From assembly GCF_030384885.1 (NCBI RefSeq), contig NZ_CP128614.1: a stretch of 64,000 bases of DNA; one strand, written 5' to 3'. Positions 50,335-60,728 of this stretch are shown piece by piece. The position numbers and the translations under genes were made by a program. The notes under the pieces were generated by a model. The model was not told the DNA's origin. It saw nothing but the letters and a program-made list of their open reading frames with translations, and did not search any database. Every line of letters begins with the position of its first letter. Position 1 is the stretch's first letter. The DNA comes from Escherichia coli. Lineage in GTDB: Bacteria; Pseudomonadota; Gammaproteobacteria; Enterobacterales; Enterobacteriaceae.

Positions 50335-51679
50335 GCATAGAGATTTTTTCTTTCAGGGCTTCTTTAGTTTTTAGATAGCGTAAATACTTCCATGTTGTTG
50401 ATTCATTTTTATGCCCCATCCATTGCATCAGCAGGCTGAGTGCATCGGCAGGCTCTATGCCCGCAGTAAGTAGACTGTACAGGCGATACGTTGCATAACT
50501 GCACCTCAGGTCATGAAACTTATGGTCAAATGCGATCCCTGAATTAATCATTTTTTTTCGCAATTCACCAAATCGGGCACCCGTGCTCTGTGGGGTACAG
50601 GGGGAGCCCTGCTGACTAATAAATAAGGGTTCATTTTGAATGGCAGAAACTAAAGATTCAGATCTGATTTTGTCTGAAAAGAGTGTTCCGGGTACGGTTT
50701 TTATTTCTTGCTGACCCATTTTTAACATCGCTTTAATACGCATCTGTAATTTATCAAAGCGGGTCATTCTTCTTTCGCTAATGGCATAGTGCTGTAATTT
50801 ATCTAAAAGAGTATTAGTTATTTCAATCGTTCTTGTTTTATTATATTTAGTGGGTACACCGTTACTAGGTCCAATAGTGATTTCGTAGTGGGTACGTGAT
50901 TCGGTTCTTTGTACAGCCTGATTTAACGCAGTTAAGGTAAATCCTGTGGCTTCTTCAATTCTGAGCCCACATTGTGCTGCCAGCAGACAAATAAGCTGCA
51001 TTTCAACTGAGGTCTGGCTAAGATGGATTGCAAATTCTGTAAGCATTGTTTGCGAAAGTGGTGATAATCTGCGAATATTCAGACTGTTAGAGTCTTTAGG
51101 GACCCTGATACGTAAATCCGTTGTCTGTACGAAAAATTTTGGCTTCATATGTGCCAGTATGTCGTTATTTCTGAATCTGACAAATTCTATGTCAAAGGGT
51201 TTGTTTGTTTCCGTTACCGGAAAGTAGTGCTCATACGCTGCCCAGAGATAGAACTGTACAAGATGACATATATAGGTATTAGCCGTGGAAAAAGCGATTT
51301 CTCCAGTTTTGACCTTTTTTAGCAGCCCATCATTACGGTAGCGATAGGCAGGTTTTAATGCTTTTACTGCAGGAAAGTTATCCCATGCAAGTTCTTCAGA
51401 CTCCAAAAAGCACCAGTAAAATTTTAACGCTCTTGCATAAGAGCTAAGGTTTTCCAGTCTTTTTTCAGCTTTGAGATGTATAAGCCATTGATTTACAGGT
51501 TCTATATAATTACCATCATAACCATACAATGTAGGAAGTGGACCCACATTTCGTCCCCCCCTGAATTCAATCGATTCATCTGTAGTAATGATATCACCAC
51601 CAATAAATACATCTGCTGAGTTGAGTAAATAAGCCAAGAATGCAGACCTCCAATGGTTGTAAACTTCTGCCATGCTCAT
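50300..51679 (-). CDS. tyrosine recombinase / integrase (first of three)
   Basis: 459-aa ORF with CGLRIEEATG (box I Arg), HKFHDLRCSYATY (HxxR) and C-terminal WKYLRYLK Tyr region. Confidence 0.65.
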   Translation of the reverse strand: MSMAEVYNHWRSAFLAYLLNSADVFIGGDIITTDESIEFRGGRNVGPLPTLYGYDGNYIEPVNQWLIHLKAEKRLENLSSYARALKFYWCFLESEELAWDNFPAVKALKPAYRYRNDGLLKKVKTGEIAFSTANTYICHLVQFYLWAAYEHYFPVTETNKPFDIEFVRFRNNDILAHMKPKFFVQTTDLRIRVPKDSNSLNIRRLSPLSQTMLTEFAIHLSQTSVEMQLICLLAAQCGLRIEEATGFTLTALNQAVQRTESRTHYEITIGPSNGVPTKYNKTRTIEITNTLLDKLQHYAISERRMTRFDKLQMRIKAMLKMGQQEIKTVPGTLFSDKIRSESLVSAIQNEPLFISQQGSPCTPQSTGARFGELRKKMINSGIAFDHKFHDLRCSYATYRLYSLLTAGIEPADALSLLMQWMGHKNESTTWKYLRYLKTKEALKEKISMLDEIMHRALLE

Positions 51680-52783
51680 TCTCCAAAGCCTGATGCTGTT
51701 TCCCCGGAAGATAACAAGAAAAGACCGGGTGTGTGGCTATGAAGAAGATCCTGTATAACTTGAAGAACATGTCCCCGGACATTATATTTCAGTGACATAC
51801 CTTAGTTATGTTTAGCTCATCTTCAGCGAAAAGCCAGTACCAGATTAATCATCTGGAAGAGGTGAGCATCTGTTAAGTTTAGACAATATTTCCCGGAACG
51901 AGAAACTAGCTGGAAAAATGGAAGAGGAAGGTATGAATCAGCGTTTCATCTGGTTTGCGGAAAACAGAGACAAAAAGTATAGGGAGGATATCGATGCTAA
52001 CATATTTTCTCAATGAGATAATGTGTGATAGTAATTTAATGCTTATGTAAAATTGGGCTACCCATTGAAAGAACCAAGAATCAATATAACTGGATAGATG
52101 TTTTGGATGAATTGTTCCTTCAGAAATAAGTGGGGTCTACATACTTTATCAGGTTCAACAGTCTGATACAAAAGATAGTACAACCTCAGTGCCTGGCTGT
52201 TTAGCGCTGGTTTTAAAAGGTTAATCAAAGGTTTTGAAGGAAGGATGATTGAGCAGTAACAGCCTTATGAAGGTTGTATACATTGATACTGCGTGCCCGG
52301 AGAGAAAATGAGAGGGTGAGGCATCGGTTTCACCCTCTCATCAGCCGCTGATATGCTGATGGAAATAAACCACTAGGGCGTACTACTGTATGCTAGATCC
52401 CTTTTAATTTAATCATCTTCTGATTTGTATACAACAACTTTGATTGAGATTTTATTTTTGACAGACGTAACTTATTTTGGCTGAAAAGTTGTATTCGCTA
52501 CCCTCATGAAATTAAAATATGCGGAGTACTTTCTGCCCTGAAAAAGACGCTTCCGTGAAAAGCAGATAAACCCTGATGAGAAAAGATGGTGATCACTAAC
52601 TGACTAGTAGTGATGTTAATTCACGTTTTTTGATTTTTAAGTTCGATACAACTACGTGATAATTTATAGTTTTTATGGGAAAGTGATGCGTTTTACTGAG
52701 GGGTGGCATTCTTCAGTAGGGTAAAAATTAATCTTCCTACAAATTAGTTCTTATATATTGAGATGCTTGGAAAGAATCCGGAC

Positions 52784-53032
52784 TTATGAGTATACGCCAT
52801 GCTCTAAACGCAAAATTAATGATACGACCATTAAACCTCCCTCTTCAGGGTCAATGGCTTCAGTGGGTGTTTTCCAGGCTAATGCTCTGTTAGAGGTATT
52901 GCACCATTTCAAAGCAGAATCTCTGTTCCCCTCAAAAAGCGCTAACGCTTTTAGATGTAGAACACTTTTGGTCATCATCTGTGATCCTGAATGACTTTTT
53001 AGTACTTCAAAAAGGTTGCTTCGTAGAGTCAT
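52784..53032 (-). CDS. DUF2384-like protein (toxin-binding domain of Xre/ParS/MbcA-type antitoxins)
   Basis: 82-aa ORF; DSALKWCNTSNRALAWKTPTEAIDPEEGGLMVVSLILRLEHGVYS fits the recalled DUF2384 consensus (W..P.ALGG.P..L..T..G...V...L.RIEHG); no RES-type partner ORF downstream; palindromic motif 115 bp upstream. Confidence 0.5.
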   Translation of the reverse strand: MTLRSNLFEVLKSHSGSQMMTKSVLHLKALALFEGNRDSALKWCNTSNRALAWKTPTEAIDPEEGGLMVVSLILRLEHGVYS

Positions 53033-53146
53033 TGTTTCGGGTCGTTACGAACTCAACTGTGGCAACCTTGCTTGTCATGATTTCCGAACCTACCTGTCGG
53101 GGCACAGATAATGCCAGCAAAGATACTATTCCATACGCTATCCCAA

Positions 53147-53157
53147 AAAGTTACTTT
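53147..53157. promoter_or_regulatory. palindromic motif AAAGTTACTTT, copy 7
   Basis: 115 bp upstream of the gene starting at 53032. Confidence 0.5.
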
Positions 53158-53396
53158 TCTATAGCAACCTAAACCAGTGTGGTTGTGACCAGTCCCCGGT
53201 ATTAAACACCATAGTCAGTTAGTAATATCAGTTTTCTTTCTTTATCCCATTTTGCCAGTCTATTGCAAACTCCGCTGGCGTCAGAAAATTCAGTGAGGAA
53301 TGAGGCCGACATGCTCTGCACTCTGACCTGATAGCATAAAAAAACTGGCTTTTTAGGCCAGTTTTACAGAGTTGCAAAGGTGTAGGTATAGTTTTT

Positions 53397-53969
53397 CTAC
53401 ACTAACGTGTCATGGTAGGTTGAGCACTGACGGGTTGAAGAATTAGTCCAGGTCGGAAGTCCACGTCCAGTCAGAATGCGGCCTACCCAGCTCTGCGTAA
53501 GAGACGGTTGGGCGACAAGGACTGTGACCGGTAGCTGGTGTTCAGCAATGAACATTCTAAGCTGGTTGAGAACCTGTGAAGCCTGATAGTGCATCTCAGG
53601 GTTTTCGATCAGCGTATCGGACATCTGAATGAAATGATGTTCGCTGATATTTGTGCCGTTACGTACTGCCCTGATCAATGCCATCAGAAATAGGTGAAGA
53701 AGAGAATGGGAGTCTTTACCGCCACTGTATCCCACGCACATCGTCCATCCGTCCGTAATAGCCTGATAAATAGCAGATGTGGCTGACGTGACCAGAGAAG
53801 AAAGACTCACAGTCTCCTTTTCATCGGTATAGTTCAGATCGGCATCGGTTGTCAGGGTCTCCCAAACATCAGCCCATTTATCATGTTTCAAAATGGCAGC
53901 ATTAGCCGCCTCAGGAAAAATAACTTCTGAGGGTAATTCAAGGAATGAGTCACTTTTTTCAATAAACAT
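53397..53969 (-). pseudogene. N-terminal fragment of a PAPS-reductase-family (DndC/IbrA-like) gene
   Basis: 190-aa ORF with P-loop YSGGKDS and DT/PE motif (SDTLIENPE) but none of the downstream fold motifs; those are found in the 31221..33176 ORF. Confidence 0.5.
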
Positions 53970-54141
53970 ATATTTTCCTGAACCACGGCATATGCTGCAT
54001 CACTGATATTTTTATTAGAACTTTAAAATAACTACAGCGCAACCATTTAGCGAAATTATATTAAATCAAAATCACGCAAATTTAATTCTTAAATAGATTT
54101 AAAATAAAAACCCATTGTAATTTAATCTCCCAGCACAGCTA

Positions 54142-54591
54142 TTAGATATAGGTTGGTGGTGTAATAAAAGCCGTGACATTTGTTTTCAACTCAGACAGCG
54201 GAATTGAAGGAGTGTTAAGAGTCATGTCATCACCACAATGGCGTGGTAGAGCAGAAAGCTGAAATGAATCTTTCATCACCCTAATAACCGGGCATTCCGT
54301 ACGTGCTGATGGCATTACTTCCCGCAGCATCGCTTCCTGCCTTGTGCTATCGCTATGCTTATATTCATCCTGGTCTGTTATTTCTTGAATTTCATCTTCA
54401 CCACAAAATGACCAGTTAGCGTCATAGAAGTAAAACTCAGTTAACTGAAGATCGTTTTTTTTCACGTATGTCGCCAATTTGCGGATACGCTGTTCAAGCA
54501 TTGTATCTATCCGTAAGGAAACACTTTGCGGAACATCACTTGCAAAGTCATTGATGCAAACAACGGTAGATACTATGAATTTATTGGTCAT
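54142..54591 (-). CDS. hypothetical protein
   Basis: 149-aa ORF. Confidence 0.45.
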   Translation of the reverse strand: MTNKFIVSTVVCINDFASDVPQSVSLRIDTMLEQRIRKLATYVKKNDLQLTEFYFYDANWSFCGEDEIQEITDQDEYKHSDSTRQEAMLREVMPSARTECPVIRVMKDSFQLSALPRHCGDDMTLNTPSIPLSELKTNVTAFITPPTYI

Positions 54592-54642
54592 GGCAGGCTC
54601 CAGGCCACCGGGGGAACCGGTGGCTACGGTTATCAGGCAGGC

Positions 54643-55434
54643 TTATGCGCCGCAAAGGGTGTCAAGGGAAGGAAGAAGCTTGCTCAGCTTGTCGTAATCG
54701 AGCGGAGACAGTTCTGTAACGAGTTCGACCGAAAGACTGGTGTTGTCTTCTTCACTCAGAATATAGATTCCGTCTTCTGGCTCTTTTCCGGCACATGCCT
54801 TCAGTCGTCTGTTAACGACCTCCTGGGCTGAATCCGCTACGTCGCAGCTCAGGACATAGCTTGCCACATAGCTGCTCTCACCGTGGTAATGCGTCACTTT
54901 ACACAGAGCATACTGGATACCGGCTTTGTGAGCCTCATTCATGAGACGAGAAAACTGACAGCCATCCTGGTAATAGTGGGTATCCTTTGTGACCAGAATA
55001 GTCATACCCCCAAATTCATCTGTCCGGCTTTTACTGCATGTAAATGCAGCAGTAATTGTTACCATTTCCGGGAGGTCGAATACCGACAGCACGGCAGTTG
55101 TGAGGCAAATTGCATGGTCAAGATCAATAGTCTCTCCATGAAAAACTGACAGCCCACTGCTGTTAACTTCTGTTGCGAACGACAGTTCATAATTACAGTC
55201 TGGGCAGGATGGTTGCCCAAAGCTCGGCTCTGAAGGGTCATACTCAGGGTGGTTCTCAATAATACTGAGAATCAGCTTCTCAGTCAGAGAACAATCTGCC
55301 AGTGGCTTATCAATCAAACGCTCACCTTCTGCAATTTCTGCTTCGGTAACGAATGTGATTGCTTCTTGTGCCATTTTAGCCTGCTCCTGAGTGCAGGGAA
55401 TAATAAACGACGCCAGAGTATAATTATCTGCCAC
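54643..55434 (-). CDS. hypothetical protein
   Basis: 263-aa ORF, acidic. Confidence 0.5.
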   Translation of the reverse strand: MADNYTLASFIIPCTQEQAKMAQEAITFVTEAEIAEGERLIDKPLADCSLTEKLILSIIENHPEYDPSEPSFGQPSCPDCNYELSFATEVNSSGLSVFHGETIDLDHAICLTTAVLSVFDLPEMVTITAAFTCSKSRTDEFGGMTILVTKDTHYYQDGCQFSRLMNEAHKAGIQYALCKVTHYHGESSYVASYVLSCDVADSAQEVVNRRLKACAGKEPEDGIYILSEEDNTSLSVELVTELSPLDYDKLSKLLPSLDTLCGA

Positions 55435-55660
55435 AGTTGACTCCTTGATTATTTAATTAATGTATTTGATGAGAAGATCATAACAAACACACTACTACCA
55501 ACTAATAACCTGAAGTCGTTTTTTTAGAAAAAATATTAAGAAGAATATGAACACCACCTCATCTTAAATTAATATTGTTCAGGATTAATATTCATTTTTG
55601 CAAATAAAATCCGCCAGACGGCGGCTTTTATAAAGAGGGAAATATCATTGGAAGCTGAAA

Positions 55661-55918
55661 TTACTTCACGGCAGGCCGACAAATTACGCGACTGCTGTGA
55701 GCTGAAGCGAAACTTGTAGAGGAAACTATAATCACCTTTTCTAAGTCGTCGGCACTGTCGGCAATATGATGCCGAAAAGCCTCCTCTGCATCACCAGGGG
55801 AATCGGCTTCGACCGGGTAGGCCTGATCATCATCATCAAACATAATGCGCCCGGAAATGAGATAAAGTCGGCTCAAATCTGGCGTCGCTGCGCTCGTGCT
55901 TCGTTCGTTCAGATTCAT
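55661..55918 (-). CDS. hypothetical small protein
   Basis: 85-aa ORF. Confidence 0.35.
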   Translation of the reverse strand: MNLNERSTSAATPDLSRLYLISGRIMFDDDDQAYPVEADSPGDAEEAFRHHIADSADDLEKVIIVSSTSFASAHSSRVICRPAVK

Positions 55919-55983
55919 TTTTTCTCCGTCTGTTGCTCGTAAAAAGAATGACGCCGGTTTAAAAGGCGTCGCCAGGGTTCAGG

Positions 55984-56310
55984 CTAAAACGCAGGGTTGC
56001 CATCGAGGAAGCTCATTGGCTGGCCAATAGCGGATGCCACCCTGAGAATTTCACCTGGTGTGGCATAGCGCAGCATTTCTGAGCGTCCAAATTTCTGATA
56101 CTCATCTACTGACATCTTTCTCCACTCGGGGTGAGGATCTTTTCCGCACAGTGACCAGTTGCTTTCAGAGGAATCACGACGGAGAACGTACACATCAAGC
56201 GAGGCTGTAAGCCCGCTTCCATATCCCCGCTGCGCTACAATACGAACCTGAGAACCATCGTCGCGTTGCAACGTCTGGGTTAATTTCGTGATAGGATCCT
56301 GAGAATGCAT
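55984..56310 (-). CDS. hypothetical protein
   Basis: 108-aa ORF; palindromic motif 207 bp upstream. Confidence 0.45.
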   Translation of the reverse strand: MHSQDPITKLTQTLQRDDGSQVRIVAQRGYGSGLTASLDVYVLRRDSSESNWSLCGKDPHPEWRKMSVDEYQKFGRSEMLRYATPGEILRVASAIGQPMSFLDGNPAF

Positions 56311-56516
56311 GCCATTTACCTCGTTTTTAAAAGAATTACCGTAAGTAAATGATACCGAATCGAGAATTCTGGCTAATAGGTCAGAAGAAAAAATATTGCA
56401 TATTTTTGAAGTGTAGGATAATGATTAGAATAAAATGGCCTGAATAAATCGTTAGCTTTAACTCTGCTTATTTCAGAAAAACTCTGAATTAGTAGTGATG
56501 GAAAACGACGCGGTGA

Positions 56517-56527
56517 AAAGTAACTTT
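56517..56527. promoter_or_regulatory. palindromic motif AAAGTAACTTT, copy 8, with extended arms
   Basis: GGTGAAAAGTAACTTTTACACC is a 22-bp near-perfect inverted repeat centred on the core. Confidence 0.55.
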
Positions 56528-57152
56528 TACACCGCAATTCAGAAAAAAGTTTCAGTTAGTCACATTACGAATAACCCGGCTTACTTTCGCATGTGCGTTC
56601 CCCTGCATGTTAAAGTAAAGCCCTCCGGGCAGACTCGTCGCCCACTTAACGCCTCGCTCAGCCATACGCTTCGGTGTTTCCAGCCAACCACGAGGAATAT
56701 TGCCCGGAACGTTACCGATAACCCGTCAAATGCATGCTGCTACCCGGATGCCGCCGGGAATATCGCATTTGGATTCAACAATATGCATGACCTCAGATAA
56801 AGCACCATGCCGCTGGACATGATCGCCAATGTGCAACTCGATAGGAGAAGCCATTTCTGAATCTGACTTCATATCTGTCCACCTTTAATTTAGAAACCGT
56901 CTAAATTACCAAATTAGTTAATCCAACAACATCTGTATCACAACCATCAATTTGTTTTTGTTGGGTCTATATCGTAGAAACAAGTGAATAATGAATACAC
57001 TCGTTAATACAGACAACCGGAAATGAATGACTACCTGATTATCTCAGCGGTATATGCTAAGCCGTTAATATTGCCATTCTCTGGTGGAACCACTGCTAAA
57101 TGAATAAACCGTTTGTCGCTTCAAACCACTTTATCAAAACCGTTAACTTGCA

Positions 57153-58403
57153 TTAAGTCCGATACAGTTCGGCGAGCTCATCCAGCATGGGGTTACTCTT
57201 ATATCCCGGTGCGGCCGTAAAAAGGTTTCGGGAAATCGCCAGCCACTCCATGATTTTGTCCGTCGCCAGCCAACGTCTGCCAAGTCGCTCGGCTGCGATG
57301 GGGACTTTATGCAAGCCAGCGAAGGGATCTACAACAAGATCTCCCGGCTCTGTCAAAAACTCAATCAGAAACGCTGCAAGCCTGGTAGGAGACGTTGCAC
57401 CGTGCAGCGGAAAACCGAGCTCGCGGGCAATGGAATGGCAAAATCTCGTATCAGCGCAGCTATTGCCGTAAAACAAAGTATTCTTGGGGATCGTTCCTTC
57501 TGTTTTATTTCCAAAGGAACCGCTTTTAAGCTGGTACGCCCCATCACCATAAAAGGTCGTGCGATTTTCACCGCCTGCTGCCTGCAATTTTAGATGCTGG
57601 TCTGAATGCGGTTGTAGTACACGTAAGTTGTTTGAACGAACCTTACTCGCATCATTGGTAAACCACAGCACAGGCTCATACGATGAGCAGAGCTGCACCC
57701 GTTGCTTACATGCCCAGTGCGTTGGCGATGGGGGCTTACTGCGATTCACCCACTGAAGCCTGTCCATGAGCTCAAGCCCCAGCTTGTCACATAATGCCAG
57801 TGTCAGACGCTCCAGATACAGAGAACGTGAAGGCCTACCCCTATTAAAGCTATCTTGAGTGATATTCAATGCCACACTTGCGCCCGGTACAAGCTGTTTC
57901 ACGATCGGTTCGAGGATACGCAGAAGCCAGTCAATATAAGCCTGCTCGCCACGCCCCCCTCCGTGCCCGTAGTCTCTTGAATTTCGAAGGAGGTAAGGTG
58001 GCGAGGTCAGGCAAAGATGAATTTGCTCGGTGATATTGCTGAAGAAGGCATAGGCGTTTCCAAAAACCGATGCCCCAAGAGAAGTTGAGAAACCGACAAC
58101 ACAGAGCTTTTCCCATGACTCATGCAGGTTTGTTTTCGTCTTAGAGGCGTATCTCCAGACGCCCCGTTTTTCTGGAACGCGTTCGATGACCCCGGCCTGA
58201 CGGAGAGTCTGCTGAAACCAGCGAACCTTATGTTTGACGCCGCTGGTTCTGGTTTTATCTGACCCAAATTCTTTCAGTTCGTGCAATTCGGCATCCGACA
58301 TGCCAGTTTTACGCTGCACTTCGCGATAAAGCTCGTCGTTGGTCAACGGCGATTCGGAGGCAGCGTAGATATGCGCAATTAAGTCCGTATTAATCGTACT
58401 CAT
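57153..58403 (-). CDS. DNA methyltransferase (N6-adenine or N4-cytosine class)
   Basis: 416-aa ORF with catalytic motif IV LCLTSPPY preceding SAM-binding motif VVDPFAGLH (beta-class order). Confidence 0.7.
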   Translation of the reverse strand: MSTINTDLIAHIYAASESPLTNDELYREVQRKTGMSDAELHELKEFGSDKTRTSGVKHKVRWFQQTLRQAGVIERVPEKRGVWRYASKTKTNLHESWEKLCVVGFSTSLGASVFGNAYAFFSNITEQIHLCLTSPPYLLRNSRDYGHGGGRGEQAYIDWLLRILEPIVKQLVPGASVALNITQDSFNRGRPSRSLYLERLTLALCDKLGLELMDRLQWVNRSKPPSPTHWACKQRVQLCSSYEPVLWFTNDASKVRSNNLRVLQPHSDQHLKLQAAGGENRTTFYGDGAYQLKSGSFGNKTEGTIPKNTLFYGNSCADTRFCHSIARELGFPLHGATSPTRLAAFLIEFLTEPGDLVVDPFAGLHKVPIAAERLGRRWLATDKIMEWLAISRNLFTAAPGYKSNPMLDELAELYRT

Positions 58404-58571
58404 CAGCCATCCTAATGGGGATACAGTTATTATATCGGCCTGATGGTTGGAAGTGAGATTACTAAATCAGACCGATCTGGTTTGTTGAAGACTTTGCCAA
58501 ATCATGCAGCACAGCTGGGCTTGCACAGAGCGAGCCGGGCTCCTTTAGCGGAGACACCTTCGCAAGTTGGA

Positions 58572-59192
58572 TTAATCAGCCTCAAGATTCTGGAACTCAA
58601 TGAGCTTTTGCTCACACTCCTCCCTGCCCCACGATCCCTGCCAGTCACAGATGTCCCGGTACTTACTTTCCAGCTTATCCATCTGTGCGAGATTAGCTGT
58701 TGCGAAGTCTGTCCATATGTCATGCCAGCAAGCGTTGTACGTAACGCCAGCTGGTGGACAATACTCCATTGCATCAGCATTAATAATTTCAACGCGAAGA
58801 TCGGTTGCAAACGAGGCTGCAACGAGGTTAATAACATCCTGTTCTTTTTCGATTACCGTGACATGGGTTACATCGTCTTTCTGAAGAATGGCGTGGAGCA
58901 CCATACCAAGACCAAGACCATTAATGAGCACCCGCCCGGTGGCTCGCTCTATAAAATCCTGGCAGGTTCGGATCTCCATCGGGGTATTGGACATCACCAC
59001 ATCCCAGCCGTTGGACAAGCGGCGATATCTACCGGGCGGGATAAACTCATCTGTATTACCAGTACACTCGGCACGAAGGGCGAGGGTCAGCGCCTTATCT
59101 GTGGTAATTTCGAAAGTGTCCAGTTTCCAAGTTCCGGACTTGCCGTCTTTAACGGGTAAATCAGAAAAGCAGCTCTTCATCGAGGCAACCAA
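58572..59192 (-). CDS. SAM-dependent methyltransferase-like protein
   Basis: 206-aa ORF with Gly-rich VLINGLGLGMVLHAIL resembling class I MTase motif I; substrate unknown. Confidence 0.5.
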   Translation of the reverse strand: MVASMKSCFSDLPVKDGKSGTWKLDTFEITTDKALTLALRAECTGNTDEFIPPGRYRRLSNGWDVVMSNTPMEIRTCQDFIERATGRVLINGLGLGMVLHAILQKDDVTHVTVIEKEQDVINLVAASFATDLRVEIINADAMEYCPPAGVTYNACWHDIWTDFATANLAQMDKLESKYRDICDWQGSWGREECEQKLIEFQNLEAD

Positions 59193-59335
59193 AATTCCAG
59201 TAGTTTTGTTACGCTGAACCTACCACAAACCCGCTCTTAATGAAGGCATCAGGAGCGATAGCGATCTTTGAGGCATCGTTTAAAACAGCGGCATCCTGTA
59301 ACAGACACCCGATATTTTTTTTAATGCCGCAGGTG

Positions 59336-59593
59336 TTAAAGGTAGCGTTGCAAAGTTGCAACATCTTCAGGGGCAACCTCCACGCAGCTCCTGACACTGT
59401 AGTGATTTTCGCCGTTGTAGTCATAAACCCCACCGTCTTCAAAACTCAGCTGTTCAACCTCGCCAGCACACTCGGAAATCAGTGCCGTCTGGCAAGCATT
59501 TTTCTCACAATCGCTGACGAGTATACGAACATAGCTTTTCTCATGGTCGCCGTTACGGTTCTGGATCTTTACGATAAAGTGTTTTTCAGACAT
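59336..59593 (-). CDS. hypothetical small protein
   Basis: 85-aa ORF. Confidence 0.4.
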   Translation of the reverse strand: MSEKHFIVKIQNRNGDHEKSYVRILVSDCEKNACQTALISECAGEVEQLSFEDGGVYDYNGENHYSVRSCVEVAPEDVATLQRYL

Positions 59594-59657
59594 TTGTGCC
59601 TCCAGCTCAGGTTGAGGTTAATTTAGCGTTGCCCCGGTTCACCGGGGCAAGAATAAA

Positions 59658-60086
59658 TCAACCCTTAATGAAATTGTGCCCCCAGGTGTTAGGCTTAAAT
59701 GCCTGCTCTTTGATATATGTTTTCATTACCTTGCAGGTTTTTTTCAGGGCTTTGGTATTGGCATCGGTTACTGGGATAAAATGGCGAGAATGACGGTTTT
59801 CCCGGTACTGCTTATCAGCGTTTGGGTCAATTGCTTCGCTTTGCAGGAGCCCTTCGTGCCTGCCAATTACTATTACGTAGTTCATTTCACCTGAAACACG
59901 ATCCGTGAGTAATTGAAGGGAAATATCAGCTGCTCGCGTGGCCTGGCTTGCAGATATTTTTGCATGCAAGAAAGCCCCCTTTCTGAATTTGGCCGGAGTT
60001 AGCCCTGTAATATCCTCAACACTAAAATTAAGTGAGGAAAGAATTGAAAATAAGTCGCAGCTAATGACTTCAGTATTATTAGGCAT
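59658..60086 (-). CDS. hypothetical protein
   Basis: 142-aa ORF. Confidence 0.45.
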   Translation of the reverse strand: MPNNTEVISCDLFSILSSLNFSVEDITGLTPAKFRKGAFLHAKISASQATRAADISLQLLTDRVSGEMNYVIVIGRHEGLLQSEAIDPNADKQYRENRHSRHFIPVTDANTKALKKTCKVMKTYIKEQAFKPNTWGHNFIKG

Positions 60087-60180
60087 TTTACCCGTCCCCG
60101 TCCATATTCATGATACGGTAATGATACCAGGTCGATATCATTACCTAATAACTTGGTGAAAGAAAATCTGTAATTTTTAG

Positions 60181-60558
60181 TTAACTAAAATTAATAGTCT
60201 CAATACTGCTCAAGAATTCTTTTTTTACGTCCGGTGTAAAAGGTATACGTTCAATGTATTTATAAAGTGTCGCAAATGTTTTGGGTTCAATGTTTCGGGA
60301 GATAATGTCATCAATCGGATCTTCGAACATATTGATAAAGATATCGACATGCTGCTCTCCGCTTTCTGATGCCTTTGAAAGAAGACTGACCACTTCAATG
60401 TAGCGATTATCCTGCTCTGCAATGAACAACCAGTGCCCTTCGTTAAAGGCGGGTGCAGCGCTGTAGCGTTTAACAACAATTTCTGAAAGATTATATCCTG
60501 CCTGATTCAGCAGATTATTAAAGTTGAGTTGAGTTGAAATCACGTCTAACGTTTTCAT
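60181..60558 (-). CDS. hypothetical protein
   Basis: 125-aa ORF; palindromic motif 171 bp upstream. Confidence 0.45.
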   Translation of the reverse strand: MKTLDVISTQLNFNNLLNQAGYNLSEIVVKRYSAAPAFNEGHWLFIAEQDNRYIEVVSLLSKASESGEQHVDIFINMFEDPIDDIISRNIEPKTFATLYKYIERIPFTPDVKKEFLSSIETINFS

Positions 60559-60728
60559 AAAACCTCCTTTTCATCTGTACTTATTATACTGTTACCCAAC
60601 CCCCAGCTAATAACCTCCCAGCAAATTTTCAGAAAAAAAACACCGCCTTTTATTTAAGATTGAACACATCCTTTTTTAATACCAACAATGATTATGAAAC
60701 CACAATGTAAGTGAAGCGCCATTATGGA

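Noticed and set aside
56726-56872. Possible short or frameshifted minus-strand coding remnant between 56540 and 56880
   Set aside because: It only reads as two short frames (about 48 codons plus a second segment) and its similarity to the PMTLNDLS paralog family is too weak to claim.
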